Part shown: in pieces, positions 25,520 through 34,835 of the stretch
Position numbering within the stretch: position 1 is the stretch's first letter
Layout: the number at the start of each line of letters is the position of its first letter
Assembly: GCA_039798725.1 (NCBI GenBank)
Contig: JBDKFJ010000006.1
Location: forward strand, 11,472 to 75,471
Source: Chlamydiota bacterium
GTDB taxonomy: Bacteria; Chlamydiota; Chlamydiia; Chlamydiales; Rhabdochlamydiaceae
Reading direction: 5' to 3'
DNA length: 64,000 nucleotides
Notes under the pieces: generated by a model
The model's input: only the letters and a program-made list of their open reading frames with translations
Told to the model about the DNA's origin: nothing
Database searches by the model: none
Position numbers and translations under genes: made by a program

Positions 25520-25734
25520 GCTTCGTCGTTGTTTTCAAGAGCTTCGAGATCTTTTAAATACTGAGTGTTGGGATTGCGCTTGACTTCAGCAAGCAGTTTT
25601 GTCAGTCCCACTTCGTTACCTGTCTTAATATAAAAACGAGCCAAACGGATCGCATAATTCGTCAGCTCAAAATTATTAGTGAACAGCCCGCGTAAAGTTT
25701 CTGTTGTTAGAGTCTGCTTCATATTCTCTTTCAT
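25516..25734 (-). CDS. small conserved protein between gmk and metG; possibly RNA polymerase omega-like
   Basis: 72 aa. The segment NNFELTNYAIRLARFYI loosely resembles the omega core (N.YEL...A.RAR). The position just downstream of gmk is typical for rpoZ. Weak call. Confidence 0.4.
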   Translation of the reverse strand: MKENMKQTLTTETLRGLFTNNFELTNYAIRLARFYIKTGNEVGLTKLLAEVKRNPNTQYLKDLEALENNDEA

Positions 25735-25737
25735 GTG

Positions 25738-26364
25738 CTATTCCTTATGTATTCGGTGTTCTTCTGCAATGACAATACTGCGTAGCACTGCGTAAGCATC
25801 CTCTAGGTAGTCATTGACAATATGATAGTCATACTGATGCACCCTTTGGATTTCTTGCCGGGCCCACTCTAGTCTTGTGGCAATCACAGCAGCATCATCT
25901 GTCCTTCTCTCTTTTAATCTCCTTGCAAGCTCCTCAAAAGAAGGAGGGCTCAAGAAGATGAGGATAGCCGGGAAACCACTCTTCTTAAGGGCAAGCGCTC
26001 CTTGTGTGTCAATCACTAGAAACACGTGTTTGCCTTGAGCCAGTTTCTCTTCGACAAATCTTCTAGAAGAGCCGTAATGATACCCGAATACTTCCGCAGA
26101 TTCAAGGAAATCTGCCTCGCTTCTTCTTTTTTCAAACTCTTGCAAAGAGAGAAAATGGTAGTCTACGCCATCTACCTCTCCTGGTCGACAAGGACGAGTT
26201 GTGCAAGAAACATTTTGATATATACAAGGAAATTCTTGTGACAACTTGCGGACAAGCGTTGTCTTACCTGTCCCAGCTGGCGCGCTGATAATAAATACAA
26301 GCCCCCTTGCACGATTTCCCAGTAACTTACTCAATGTTTTGCACCTGTTCTTTAATCCGGTCAA
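25738..26364 (-). CDS. gmk: guanylate kinase
   Basis: P-loop SAPAGTGKTTL and TTRPCRPGEVDGVDYHF. 208 aa. Confidence 0.9.
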   Translation of the reverse strand: MTGLKNRCKTLSKLLGNRARGLVFIISAPAGTGKTTLVRKLSQEFPCIYQNVSCTTRPCRPGEVDGVDYHFLSLQEFEKRRSEADFLESAEVFGYHYGSSRRFVEEKLAQGKHVFLVIDTQGALALKKSGFPAILIFLSPPSFEELARRLKERRTDDAAVIATRLEWARQEIQRVHQYDYHIVNDYLEDAYAVLRSIVIAEEHRIHKE

Positions 26365-27169
26365 GCTCTGCCTTCATAGCAAGCACATGCTGAGTGACTT
26401 TCAGCTCTTGGCTTTTTGCTCCCATAGTATTCAACTCTCTTAGCATCTCTTGTGACAAAAAGTCGAGCACCCTGCCAATAGAGGGAACCCCTTGACTGAG
26501 GTGCTTTTCAAACTGCACAAGGTGTGCCTTGAGTCGTACAATTTCTTCTGTAATATCGCTCTTTTCAGCTAAAATTGCCACTTCTTTAGCTACACGATTT
26601 TTTAATTCATCGTCTAAAAGGCCAATTTCTGCAAGCTTTTCTGACAGTTTTTTTCTAAAAACCTCTTCCGGGGCCCCTTTCAGAGTCTCTACAACCGCTA
26701 ACTCAGAACCGATTGTTTGAAGCCTTGCTCGAAGGTCTTGAGCTAAAAGAGCCCCCTCTTCTTGCTTCATACGAATACATTGTGCAAGGGCGCTGTCGAT
26801 TCCTTCCATAAGTAGTAGGGAAACTTCTTTTTCATTGAAGGCGGGTTGTACATGCGAATGGTCGACCAAAAAAGAAAGGGTGATCTCTCGAGAATCTAAT
26901 CCAAGTTCTCTACATACTTCTTCCCACTGCCCTTTGACTACTTTGAGCTGTGACGCCTGATTGGATACACCCGGAGTGATATTAAGACGCAAAGTCACCT
27001 GGCCTCTTTCTATTTTTGAGGAGAGCTTCTTACGGATATCAATATCACAATAGAGGAGTTCTCTTGGCAGATGCAGGTGCATATCCAGCCCTTTGCGATT
27101 TACCGAATGAATCTCGAGTGTGCCTGCTCCTAAAGGCAAAGAAATGGCCACACGGGCATATCCTGTCAT
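26327..27169 (-). CDS. yicC: YicC-family protein
   Basis: N-terminus MTGYARV, with the start moved to that Met. The C-terminal segments RELNTMGAKS and KEQVQNIE are typical of YicC. Confidence 0.8.
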   Translation of the reverse strand: MTGYARVAISLPLGAGTLEIHSVNRKGLDMHLHLPRELLYCDIDIRKKLSSKIERGQVTLRLNITPGVSNQASQLKVVKGQWEEVCRELGLDSREITLSFLVDHSHVQPAFNEKEVSLLLMEGIDSALAQCIRMKQEEGALLAQDLRARLQTIGSELAVVETLKGAPEEVFRKKLSEKLAEIGLLDDELKNRVAKEVAILAEKSDITEEIVRLKAHLVQFEKHLSQGVPSIGRVLDFLSQEMLRELNTMGAKSQELKVTQHVLAMKAELDRIKEQVQNIE

Positions 27170-27173
27170 ACTC

Positions 27174-27794
27174 CTACACATAGCGCTTTACCGGTCCAAA
27201 TGTTTTTCGGTGAATGGGACTTGGGCCATAAACAGACAGCGCATCAAGATGCGCTTTTGTCCCATACCCTTTATGCTTGGCAAATCCATATTCCGGGAAC
27301 TGCTCGTCAGATACCAGCATGAGCTGGTCTCGAGTATATTTGGCCAAAATCGAGGCCGCTGCAATGGAAAAACAGAGGCGATCTCCTTGAATGATCGCTT
27401 CTTTTGGAATATCTGTTTTTGGAAGAAGAGAGCCGTCAATGAGAAGATAGTCCGGAAGACAAGAGAGCTTGGAAACCGCGGCAAGCATTGCCATGAATGT
27501 GGCTTGGAGGATGTTGACTTCATCAATTAGATCAACATCGATAATCCCCAGCCCATAATCTACCCCAGGAGTAGTTATGATTTTCTCAAAGAGCTCTTTT
27601 CTCTTCTTTTCGGATAACGCTTTACTGTCATCCAAACCCTCTAGGACAACGCCCTCCGGCAAAACACACGCTGCTGCAACGACAGGGCCGGCAAGAGGCC
27701 CTCTACCCGCTTCGTCAATTCCGGCCACTCTCCGAAATCCCTGTCTATGCGCTTTTTTTTCAAAAAAGCGCTCATGCAGCTCATGCTTATACAA
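27174..27794 (-). CDS. rnhB: ribonuclease HII
   Basis: GIDEAGRGPLAGPVV motif. 206 aa. Confidence 0.9.
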   Translation of the reverse strand: MYKHELHERFFEKKAHRQGFRRVAGIDEAGRGPLAGPVVAAACVLPEGVVLEGLDDSKALSEKKRKELFEKIITTPGVDYGLGIIDVDLIDEVNILQATFMAMLAAVSKLSCLPDYLLIDGSLLPKTDIPKEAIIQGDRLCFSIAAASILAKYTRDQLMLVSDEQFPEYGFAKHKGYGTKAHLDALSVYGPSPIHRKTFGPVKRYV

Positions 27795-28170
27795 CAGTGC
27801 TTGTCTCGGCTTCTGTTTTTACAATATGCTCTTTAATCTTCGATGCTTTTCCGGAAGTGCCGCGTAAATAATACAACTTAGACTTGCGCACTTTTCCTGA
27901 ACGGACAAGTTCGATCTTGGCAATTTTTGGGCTGTGGAGAGGAAAAACCCTCTCTATACCGGCACCATAAGAAAAACGGTAAAGAGACACTGTTTCAGAA
28001 AGGCCTCCCCCTTTGCGGGCAACCACCGTTCCTGTAAACTGCTGAATACGCTCCTTATCCCCTTCAATGATACGCTGATGAATACACACAGTGTCCCCTA
28101 CGTTAAATACAGGAAGATCACTTTTGATTTGCTCTTGTTCAATGGCTTGAATTTCTTTACACTGTTTCAT
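27787..28170 (-). CDS. rplS: 50S ribosomal protein L19
   Basis: Its size, the segment FNVGDTV…IQ.F.G.V.A and its position downstream of trmD all fit L19. Confidence 0.9.
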   Translation of the reverse strand: MKQCKEIQAIEQEQIKSDLPVFNVGDTVCIHQRIIEGDKERIQQFTGTVVARKGGGLSETVSLYRFSYGAGIERVFPLHSPKIAKIELVRSGKVRKSKLYYLRGTSGKASKIKEHIVKTEAETSTVV

Positions 28171-28176
28171 AACTAC

Positions 28177-28845
28177 TTATCCTAATAAATCAGGGCGTAC
28201 ACGCCTTGTTTTTTCTAAACCTTGTTTCTCTTTCCACTCTGCGATCTTTTCATGATGACCGCTTAATAACACTTCGGGCACTCTCATCCCTTCAAACTCT
28301 TCGGGCCTTGTATAGCAAGGGCCTTCTAACTTGCCCTGCTGAAACGAGTCAAAAACAGCACCTTCTTCATGTCCTAAGACCCCCGGAATAAAGCGAGCCA
28401 TCCCGTCAATCAACACAAGCGCAGCTAAGCACCCATTTGTCAGGACATAATCCCCGATGCTGATTTCTTCGTCTACTTCTTGCTCAATCACACGTTCATC
28501 TAACCCTTCATAATGCCCGCACACTAAAACAAGATGGGGCATTTTAGAAAGATGCTCACAAAGCGCTGCAGTCAGTGGCTTGCCTTGAGGAGAAAGATAA
28601 ATCACATGAGAATCTTGCCTCTTTACACTTCGTATCGCAAGACTCACAGGCTTGGGCATGAGCACCATGCCAGCGCCTCCCCCATAAGGACGGTCGTCCA
28701 CTTTTTGATATTTCCCTTCTGCAAAATCACGCAGTTGTGTCTGCCTGATTTTAAGAACCCCTTTCTCCACTGCACGCCCTAAGATACTAGATCGGAGCGG
28801 GCTGTCAAAATAGTCGGGGAACAAAGAGAGAACATCAATCAGCAT
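28177..28845 (-). CDS. trmD: tRNA (guanine37-N1)-methyltransferase
   Basis: [17 protein letters not shown] and [11 protein letters not shown] motifs. 222 aa. Confidence 0.9.
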   Translation of the reverse strand: MLIDVLSLFPDYFDSPLRSSILGRAVEKGVLKIRQTQLRDFAEGKYQKVDDRPYGGGAGMVLMPKPVSLAIRSVKRQDSHVIYLSPQGKPLTAALCEHLSKMPHLVLVCGHYEGLDERVIEQEVDEEISIGDYVLTNGCLAALVLIDGMARFIPGVLGHEEGAVFDSFQQGKLEGPCYTRPEEFEGMRVPEVLLSGHHEKIAEWKEKQGLEKTRRVRPDLLG

Positions 28846-29166
28846 TTACTTTTTGCTATCTCTTCTCTTTGCTACTTTTTTTACTCGACGAACCTGGCGT
28901 GCTGCAATCACCTCTTTCATAAAATCGGGAGCCACACGTGAAAGCATCGTCTCTACACTCTCTGTCACTTGCGCGCCAAGACCCATCCAGTACTGGATGC
29001 GCTCAATATTCACAGAAGCCTCTTTTTCGCTTGCCGCAAATGGATTGTACCAGCCAAGCATTTCCAGATATTTTCCATCGCGAGGATTACGCACATCAGT
29101 CACCACTAATCGATAGGTCTGACGGTTGGTTCGCCCTTGCTGTCTCAATCGAATCTTCAATACCAT
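28846..29166 (-). CDS. rpsP: 30S ribosomal protein S16
   Basis: MVLKIRLRQQGRTNRQTYRLVVTDVRNPRDGKYLEMLGWYNP. Confidence 0.9.
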   Translation of the reverse strand: MVLKIRLRQQGRTNRQTYRLVVTDVRNPRDGKYLEMLGWYNPFAASEKEASVNIERIQYWMGLGAQVTESVETMLSRVAPDFMKEVIAARQVRRVKKVAKRRDSKK

Positions 29167-29176
29167 ATACTCCTCA

Positions 29177-30523
29177 TCACTTTAAGAAATCGGTCAAAGA
29201 GGGCAGCCCCCCTTTCCCTTTCATCATTTGATTTTTCAAGCTAGGCATCTGCTTACAGAGCATCTTAACCTGCTTAAACCCTTTTACTAATTTGTTTACC
29301 GCATCAATCGTTGTTCCACTACCCTCCGCAATGCGGCGGCGGCGAGCAGGAAATAGCTCCACTTTTTCTTGTCTTTCATCCGGCGTCATCGAATAGATCA
29401 TCGCTTCTATACGATTCAGCTCCTTTTCGTCAAAGTCAAAATCTCCGAGTGCAGACATTCCCGGCATCATCTTCATTAAGCTCTTAAGCGGTCCCATTTT
29501 ACGGAACATGCTCATTTGCTTTAAATAATCTTCGTAGGTAAATGCCGCTTTAAGGATCTTTTTCTCAAGCTCTTCACTTTCCTTTTCAGAAATTGTCTCT
29601 TGAGCTTTTCTGACCAAGTTAACAACATCCCCCATACCGAGTATGCGGTCTGCCATTGAACGGGGATTGAAAGGCTGCAAGTCAGCAATCCTCTCTCCTA
29701 CCCCTTCAAATTTTAGCGGCTTGCCCGTCACTTCTCGAATAGAGATCGCACATCCTGCGCGCGCACTTCCATCCAGCATCGTCAAAATAGATCCTGAAAT
29801 CGACAAAGAGCGATCAAATTCTGCGGCTGTCTTTACAGCATCTTGCCCGGTTGCTGCGCTGGCCACAAAAAGCACTTCATCCGGATTTATAGCCTGCTTA
29901 ATTGCCTTAAGCTCTTCCATGAGCTCTTCATCCACATGCAGACGGCCCGCCGTGTCTACAATTAACACATCAAAAGATTCCGCTTTGGCTTTTTCAAGAG
30001 CCCCCTTTGCTACTGCAACCGGATCTAAGGCCCCTTCTTGCACATAAACCGGAACCTGTATCGACTCCCCTAGCTTTTTAAGCTGCAACACAGCTGCAGC
30101 CCTTTGCAAGTCACAAGCAGCAAGAAGTACTTTTTTTTGAGAGTCCTTCTTCTTTAAAAAAGCTGCCAACTTAGCCGACTGCGTTGTCTTTCCGGACCCC
30201 TGCAACCCACAGAGCAGAATAACAGAAGGGGAATGCTTTAAAGACAAACCCACTTCATCGGACCCCATGAGCGCAATGAGCTCATCATGTATTGTCTTTA
30301 CAAATTGCTCTGAAGGAACAACTCCCTTAACAACTTGATCTCCTAACGCCTTCTCTTTGACTCGTTTAACGAATTGGGTTGTTACAGAGTAGTTTACGTC
30401 AGCATCCAAAAGCGCCAAACGCACCTGACGGACCGCATCGGAGATATTGTCTTCCGTCAGAGTTTTTTTCCCTTTTAACGAAGAACACAACTCTTGTAAC
30501 TTTTCTGTTAAAGCGCCAAACAT
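29177..30523 (-). CDS. ffh: signal recognition particle protein Ffh
   Basis: Start at MFGALTEKLQ. GTPase motifs GLQGSGKTT and DTAGR. Met-rich M domain (MKMMPGM). Confidence 0.9.
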   Translation of the reverse strand: MFGALTEKLQELCSSLKGKKTLTEDNISDAVRQVRLALLDADVNYSVTTQFVKRVKEKALGDQVVKGVVPSEQFVKTIHDELIALMGSDEVGLSLKHSPSVILLCGLQGSGKTTQSAKLAAFLKKKDSQKKVLLAACDLQRAAAVLQLKKLGESIQVPVYVQEGALDPVAVAKGALEKAKAESFDVLIVDTAGRLHVDEELMEELKAIKQAINPDEVLFVASAATGQDAVKTAAEFDRSLSISGSILTMLDGSARAGCAISIREVTGKPLKFEGVGERIADLQPFNPRSMADRILGMGDVVNLVRKAQETISEKESEELEKKILKAAFTYEDYLKQMSMFRKMGPLKSLMKMMPGMSALGDFDFDEKELNRIEAMIYSMTPDERQEKVELFPARRRRIAEGSGTTIDAVNKLVKGFKQVKMLCKQMPSLKNQMMKGKGGLPSLTDFLK

Positions 30524-30550
30524 ATAGGGCACCTATTGTATAACAACAAC

Positions 30551-31408
30551 TCACTCAAATTCAAGAAAAAAGAACCGATCTTGGCCCGACCAGTCTTTTT
30601 CAATTCTTTGCTTTTTCCAATAAGGGGCTGAAAAGAGCGCTCTTACGCCCTCCCCTTGAGAAGCTCCTATTTCAAGAAAAATTTTTGCTTGTCTTTTTAA
30701 ATAGACAGGAAGCTCTTCTTGTAACCGCCTGTAATAGAGCAAACCATCTTCTCCACCAACAAGAGCTTGTTTGGGCTCAAATAACCGCACACTTTCCTCT
30801 AGTTGGACATACTCCCCCAAAGAGACGTAAGGCGGGTTACACACAACGACATCCGCCTGCCTTCCCTTAAAAGGCGCAAGCAAATCCCCCTCACACACCT
30901 CAATGTCCACCTGATTTTGCAAGACGTTCTGTCTTGCCACCTCAAGAGCTGCGGAAGACAGATCTGAAATAGCCACACGAAACTCCGGAAACATCTTCTT
31001 CAAAGCAATCCCGATACAACCGGATCCCGTACACACATCCCACACATCTAATTCTCCCCTTAAAACCGATTTCCCAATCCAGTCCACAAGAATTTCTGTC
31101 TCTTGTCGAGGAATTAAAACATCTTTTGAAAGAGTGAGCTGCGCTTGATGAAAGGCAATATGGGGGATGATATATTCTATTGGCTCTTTAAGAGCTGCTC
31201 TTTTGAGCAAAGGGCGTATCAGCGCCAGCTCTTCTTCGAGAACAGGGCGATCAAACTGCAGGTAGAGATCCATCCGCTTGAGCTGCAAACAAGAGGCGAT
31301 CAGCGACTCGGCAGTAAAACGCGCTCTATCTACCCCTCTTTCTTGTAAAAAAAGAACCGACGCTTTCAGAATTTCACTGATCGTCTTCATCTTCCCCTTC
31401 CGCTCCAA
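30551..31408 (-). CDS. prmC: release-factor glutamine methyltransferase
   Basis: NPPY motif (VVCNPPYV) and SAM-binding segment [12 protein letters not shown]. The true start may be the internal Met at 31390. Confidence 0.85.
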   Translation of the reverse strand: MERKGKMKTISEILKASVLFLQERGVDRARFTAESLIASCLQLKRMDLYLQFDRPVLEEELALIRPLLKRAALKEPIEYIIPHIAFHQAQLTLSKDVLIPRQETEILVDWIGKSVLRGELDVWDVCTGSGCIGIALKKMFPEFRVAISDLSSAALEVARQNVLQNQVDIEVCEGDLLAPFKGRQADVVVCNPPYVSLGEYVQLEESVRLFEPKQALVGGEDGLLYYRRLQEELPVYLKRQAKIFLEIGASQGEGVRALFSAPYWKKQRIEKDWSGQDRFFFLEFE

Positions 31409-32471
31409 TAGCTTCTAGCTGCTTTTGGTAAAAGTAGGCAACAAGAGGCTCTGTAACATCATCCAAGTCTCCATCCATAACAAGATTGAGCTTGTAGAGC
31501 GTAAGGTCAATTCTGTGATCCGTAAGCCGGTTTTGCGGAAAATTGTAAGTGCGAATTCTCTCTGAGCGATCCCCACTACCTACTTGAGAAGAGCGCAATG
31601 ACGCCATCTCCCGCTCCGCCTTTAACCGCTTTTCTTCAGCAATCTTTGCAGAAAGCAAACGCATCGCCTTCTCTTTATTTTTGTGCTGACTGCGCTCTTC
31701 CTGGCAATAAACAACGGTCCCGGTCGGCAAGTGAGTAATTCTTACAGCAGAGTCTGTGGTATTTACGTGCTGACCACCGGCTCCTGATGCACGGTATGTA
31801 TCGATCTTGAGGTCTCTTTCGTCTAAAACGACCTTTTCCTCTTCGTCGGGCTCCATCAAAACAGCAATAGTCACAGCAGAAGTATGCACCCTGCCTTGCG
31901 CTTCTGTCTTAGGAACGCGCTGCACACGATGAGTCCCCGCTTCATATTTCATCAGACGGTAAACGTTTGTCCCGGACAGAGTCATGATGTACTCTTTGAA
32001 GCCACCCATCTCTGATTCTGTACAAGAAAGAAGCTCGTGGCGCCACCCTTTTTTATCTGCATATTGCTTATACATCCGCACGCAATCACCAACAAAAAGG
32101 GCAGCCTCGTCCCCTCCGGTTCCCGCACGAATCTCTAAAATAAGGGAGCGACTATCACGAGGATCGGGAGGAATTAAAAGAGTCTGCAGCCGCCCTTCAA
32201 AAAGAGCCACCTCTGAGACCAAAGAATCGATTTCCTGCCGAATCATTTCAGCAAATTCAGGATCCTTCTCCCCTTTGAGAAGCTCTTGACTTTCGAGCTG
32301 CTGCTTTTGCAACTTCTCCAATCGAAGAGCACACTCTCTTACCTCAGAAAGGTAAGCATGTTCTTGGGCAAGCTCTCGATACTGCTTCTGATCAGCCAAA
32401 ACTTCAGGCTGCCCAAGCAGCCCTTCAATTTTTTCATAACGCTTAAGAAGCTTGCGAACTTGTTCGTTCAT
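31374..32471 (-). CDS. prfA: peptide chain release factor 1
   Basis: GGQ motif [23 protein letters not shown] and the RF1-type segment [17 protein letters not shown]. Confidence 0.9.
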   Translation of the reverse strand: MNEQVRKLLKRYEKIEGLLGQPEVLADQKQYRELAQEHAYLSEVRECALRLEKLQKQQLESQELLKGEKDPEFAEMIRQEIDSLVSEVALFEGRLQTLLIPPDPRDSRSLILEIRAGTGGDEAALFVGDCVRMYKQYADKKGWRHELLSCTESEMGGFKEYIMTLSGTNVYRLMKYEAGTHRVQRVPKTEAQGRVHTSAVTIAVLMEPDEEEKVVLDERDLKIDTYRASGAGGQHVNTTDSAVRITHLPTGTVVYCQEERSQHKNKEKAMRLLSAKIAEEKRLKAEREMASLRSSQVGSGDRSERIRTYNFPQNRLTDHRIDLTLYKLNLVMDGDLDDVTEPLVAYFYQKQLEAIGAEGEDEDDQ

Positions 32472-32776
32472 TAACTTTTTTTCTTAAGCACTTTTTTCTT
32501 TACAGGTTCTTCTTCTTTTGCTTTAGGAGCTTCTGCTTTTTTTGCGTAGCGCTTCACAAATTTATCCACACGTCCTTCGGAGTCGATAAACTGCTTGCTT
32601 CCTGTAAAAAATGGGTGCGAAGCCGAAGAGATCGAAACTTTATAAGCGGGATATTCCTTTCCCTCAAATACTTCTTTCTCTTTTGGCTGCAGAGTCGTTC
32701 CACAAACAAAACGATGCCCTGTAGCAGAATCAATAAACAACACTTCCTGATAAGGAGGATGACCTTGCTTTTTCAT
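32471..32776 (-). CDS. rpmE: 50S ribosomal protein L31 (type B-like)
   Basis: [28 protein letters not shown]. 101 aa. It lies directly upstream of prfA, as I recall for Chlamydiaceae. Confidence 0.85.
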   Translation of the reverse strand: MKKQGHPPYQEVLFIDSATGHRFVCGTTLQPKEKEVFEGKEYPAYKVSISSASHPFFTGSKQFIDSEGRVDKFVKRYAKKAEAPKAKEEEPVKKKVLKKKS

Positions 32777-32831
32777 AAATACAATCCTTCAAACGAATAA
32801 CAAAAGAGTCACAGGATAGCAACCCAACCGG

Positions 32832-33056
32832 TTAAAAACAAGAAGTCTCTTTTGCTTTGGCTAAATAAGCCATCCTAGCTGTCATGAGCCCCTCAAGAAC
32901 CCCCTCCTCATAACGAAATAACGGATGATTCTCCAATTCGGTAAAATCGTTGGGCTGAAGCAGGTCATCCTCCGTAATATGAGGCACCATTTGGGAGGCC
33001 AACGCCAACATCCTCTTTTTTTGACCACAAATCAATTCATCAAAAAGTTTTTCCAT
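32832..33056 (-). CDS. hypothetical small protein, 74 aa
   Basis: ORF overlapping the tadA 3' end by 17 nt. I recognise no motif. Confidence 0.4.
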   Translation of the reverse strand: MEKLFDELICGQKKRMLALASQMVPHITEDDLLQPNDFTELENHPLFRYEEGVLEGLMTARMAYLAKAKETSCF

Positions 33057-33501
33057 CTCGCCTCTTTCTAAAAAAAGATTTCATCTCTTCCCCACACTCC
33101 TCTGCTAGCACCCCCGATCTGATTTCTAATCGGTGCATGGGATGAGGTTTTTCAAACAAGTCAACCCAACTTCCATGAGCCCCGCACCGCACATCTTTAG
33201 CCCCCCATACCAGTCTTCCGATCCGTGACTGCAGCATTGCCCCTGCACACATAGGACAAGGCTCCAAAGTACAGTATAATGTTGTCTCTAATAGCCGCCA
33301 GTTGTCTAGCACCCCAGCGCCTCTTTCCAAACAGAGCATCTCGGCATGCGCCAGCGCCGACTTTTTCCTTTCCACTTCATTGTGAGCCCGGGCAATCACC
33401 TGCCCCTTATACACAAGGACTGCCCCCACAGGCACTTCCCCACAAAGCGCGCCTTGCCTTGCCTCCTCAAGCGCCATCCTCATAAACATTTCATCCATCA
33501 T
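33040..33501 (-). CDS. tadA: tRNA-specific adenosine deaminase
   Basis: CDA zinc motifs HAEMLCL and PCPMCAGA. 153 aa. Confidence 0.85.
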   Translation of the reverse strand: MMDEMFMRMALEEARQGALCGEVPVGAVLVYKGQVIARAHNEVERKKSALAHAEMLCLERGAGVLDNWRLLETTLYCTLEPCPMCAGAMLQSRIGRLVWGAKDVRCGAHGSWVDLFEKPHPMHRLEIRSGVLAEECGEEMKSFFRKRRDGKTF

Positions 33502-33553
33502 GCCGTTTATCCTATCACTTCTCCTTTTTGTTTTTTATTTTTTGTTTTGAGGG

Positions 33554-33823
33554 TGAAAGTTGGAGGGCTGGCTTCTATAGACATATCGGGTGGTGCGTCC
33601 CTGCGAAGCGCATCCCCTGTGACCCCCTTGCGATTCACCTCGCCTCGCCATATCGCATTTTCGTCGGGGGTCCGTGCATAGCACTGTTCCCCCACGCTGC
33701 GCTCTCCTCAAATGCAATCTTGCTTTGCGATCTGAATCGATCGGCTGCTCGCGCATTCCTCCCCAGTTCCCACCCCAAAGGGGACCCCAGGAACGGGGCC
33801 CCTCCATGTCAACTCGCAGAGCC
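33554..33823. repeat. G+C-rich inverted repeat, arm A (270 bp)
   Basis: It is the reverse complement of 33948-34217, with 7 mismatches in my hand alignment. It is much more G+C-rich than the flanking genes. Confidence 0.9.
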
Positions 33824-33947
33824 ATCTGTTTTGCCGCTCCGCGTTCTCACTACCTGTTTTAACTACAACAATTGGAAAAGGCCTAAAAGGAGAGCCGTCT
33901 GTCTTAACTAAAACAATTGGGGAGGACCCGAAGGGAAAAAAGAAATG

Positions 33948-34217
33948 GGCTCTGCGAGTTGACATGGAGGGGCCCCGTTCCTGGGGTCCCCTTTGGGGTG
34001 GGAACTGGGGAGGAATGCACGAGCAGCCGATCGATTCAGATCGCAAAGCAAGATTGCATTTGAGGAGAGCGGAGCGTGGGGGAACAGTGCTGTGCACGGA
34101 CCCCCGACGAAAATGCGATATGGCGAGGCGAGGTGAATCGCAAGGGGGTCACAGGGGGTGCGCTTTGCAGGGACGCACCACCCGATATGTCTATGGAAGC
34201 CAACCCTCCAACTTTCA
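33948..34217. repeat. G+C-rich inverted repeat, arm B (270 bp)
   Basis: Reverse complement of arm A. The 124-bp spacer (33824-33947) contains the direct repeat tgttttaactacaacaattgg / tgtcttaactaaaacaattgg. Confidence 0.9.
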
Positions 34218-34342
34218 ATAAATGGGGCGCTGCTCACAAATCTCAAAGAAAAAATGTTAACCTCTTGGTCTTTACTAAAAAAATGAAAACAGTCAGCAAA
34301 TAATTTCCCCGTCGAACTCGCCAAGAGAGAAAGACAAAAGGA

Positions 34343-34371
34343 TTGAATCTATTGGTGTGGTTGGATATAAT
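34343..34371 (+). promoter_or_regulatory. sigma70-like promoter candidate for rpsO-pnp
   Basis: TTGAAT (34343-34348), a 17-nt spacer, then TATAAT (34366-34371), ~70 nt upstream of the rpsO ATG. Confidence 0.5.
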
Positions 34372-34442
34372 GGAGGCGTTGTGTGAGATTTTAAAGCTCT
34401 CATATCTTTTTTGAACCCAGACAGAGCGGGAGATATTGAAAA

Positions 34443-34712
34443 ATGTCTTTAGATAAAGGTACTAAGGAAGAGATTACCAAGAAGTTCCAATTGCACGAGA
34501 AAGACACCGGGTCTGCAGACGTCCAAATCGCGATCCTTACAGAGCGCATCTCAGAGTTGACAGAACACCTGAAATTAGCTCCTAAAGATCATGCTTCCCG
34601 TCTAGCGTTGCTCAAGCTCGTAGGACAGCGACGTAAACTGTTGGATTATTTGAATTCAACAGACACCAAGCGCTATCAAACTTTAATTACACGGCTTAAC
34701 CTCCGCAAGTAA
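34443..34712 (+). CDS. rpsO: 30S ribosomal protein S15
   Basis: 89 aa. [23 protein letters not shown]…[21 protein letters not shown]. Confidence 0.95.
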   Translation: MSLDKGTKEEITKKFQLHEKDTGSADVQIAILTERISELTEHLKLAPKDHASRLALLKLVGQRRKLLDYLNSTDTKRYQTLITRLNLRK

Positions 34713-34738
34713 TAATTTTTCTTTTCCAACAGAAAAAA

Positions 34739-34767
34739 CCAAGTGAATTTTTCACTTGGTTTTTTTT
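34739..34767 (+). terminator. stem-loop + T-run between rpsO and pnp (attenuator/terminator or RNase III-type processing hairpin)
   Basis: ccaagtgaa-ttt-ttcacttgg (9-bp stem) followed by tttttttt. Confidence 0.6.
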
Positions 34768-34835
34768 ATGCTTGGCTCTTTATCTTCCCCTATTCTATCA
34801 TGGCAACTTGAATTTATTTTTGGAGTGACTTTTAC

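Noticed and set aside
33554-34217. The G+C-rich arms as a known structured RNA (RNase P RNA, tmRNA, rRNA fragment, group II intron)
   Set aside because: I could not find the hallmark strings: a GAGGAAAGTCC-like P4 for RNase P, the tmRNA GGGGCTGA 5' end with a tRNA-like 3' end, or a domain V-like hairpin. This is only a by-eye check, so an Rfam scan is still worthwhile.
33528-34324. Mirrored ORFs across the G+C-rich inverted repeat (127 aa on +, 138 aa on -, and others), read as a pair of duplicated genes
   Set aside because: Open frames exist in several phases simply because the DNA is G+C-rich. The differences between arms are mostly non-synonymous. There is no RBS or start context, and the peptides look non-protein-like (Pro/Arg/Gly/Cys-rich).
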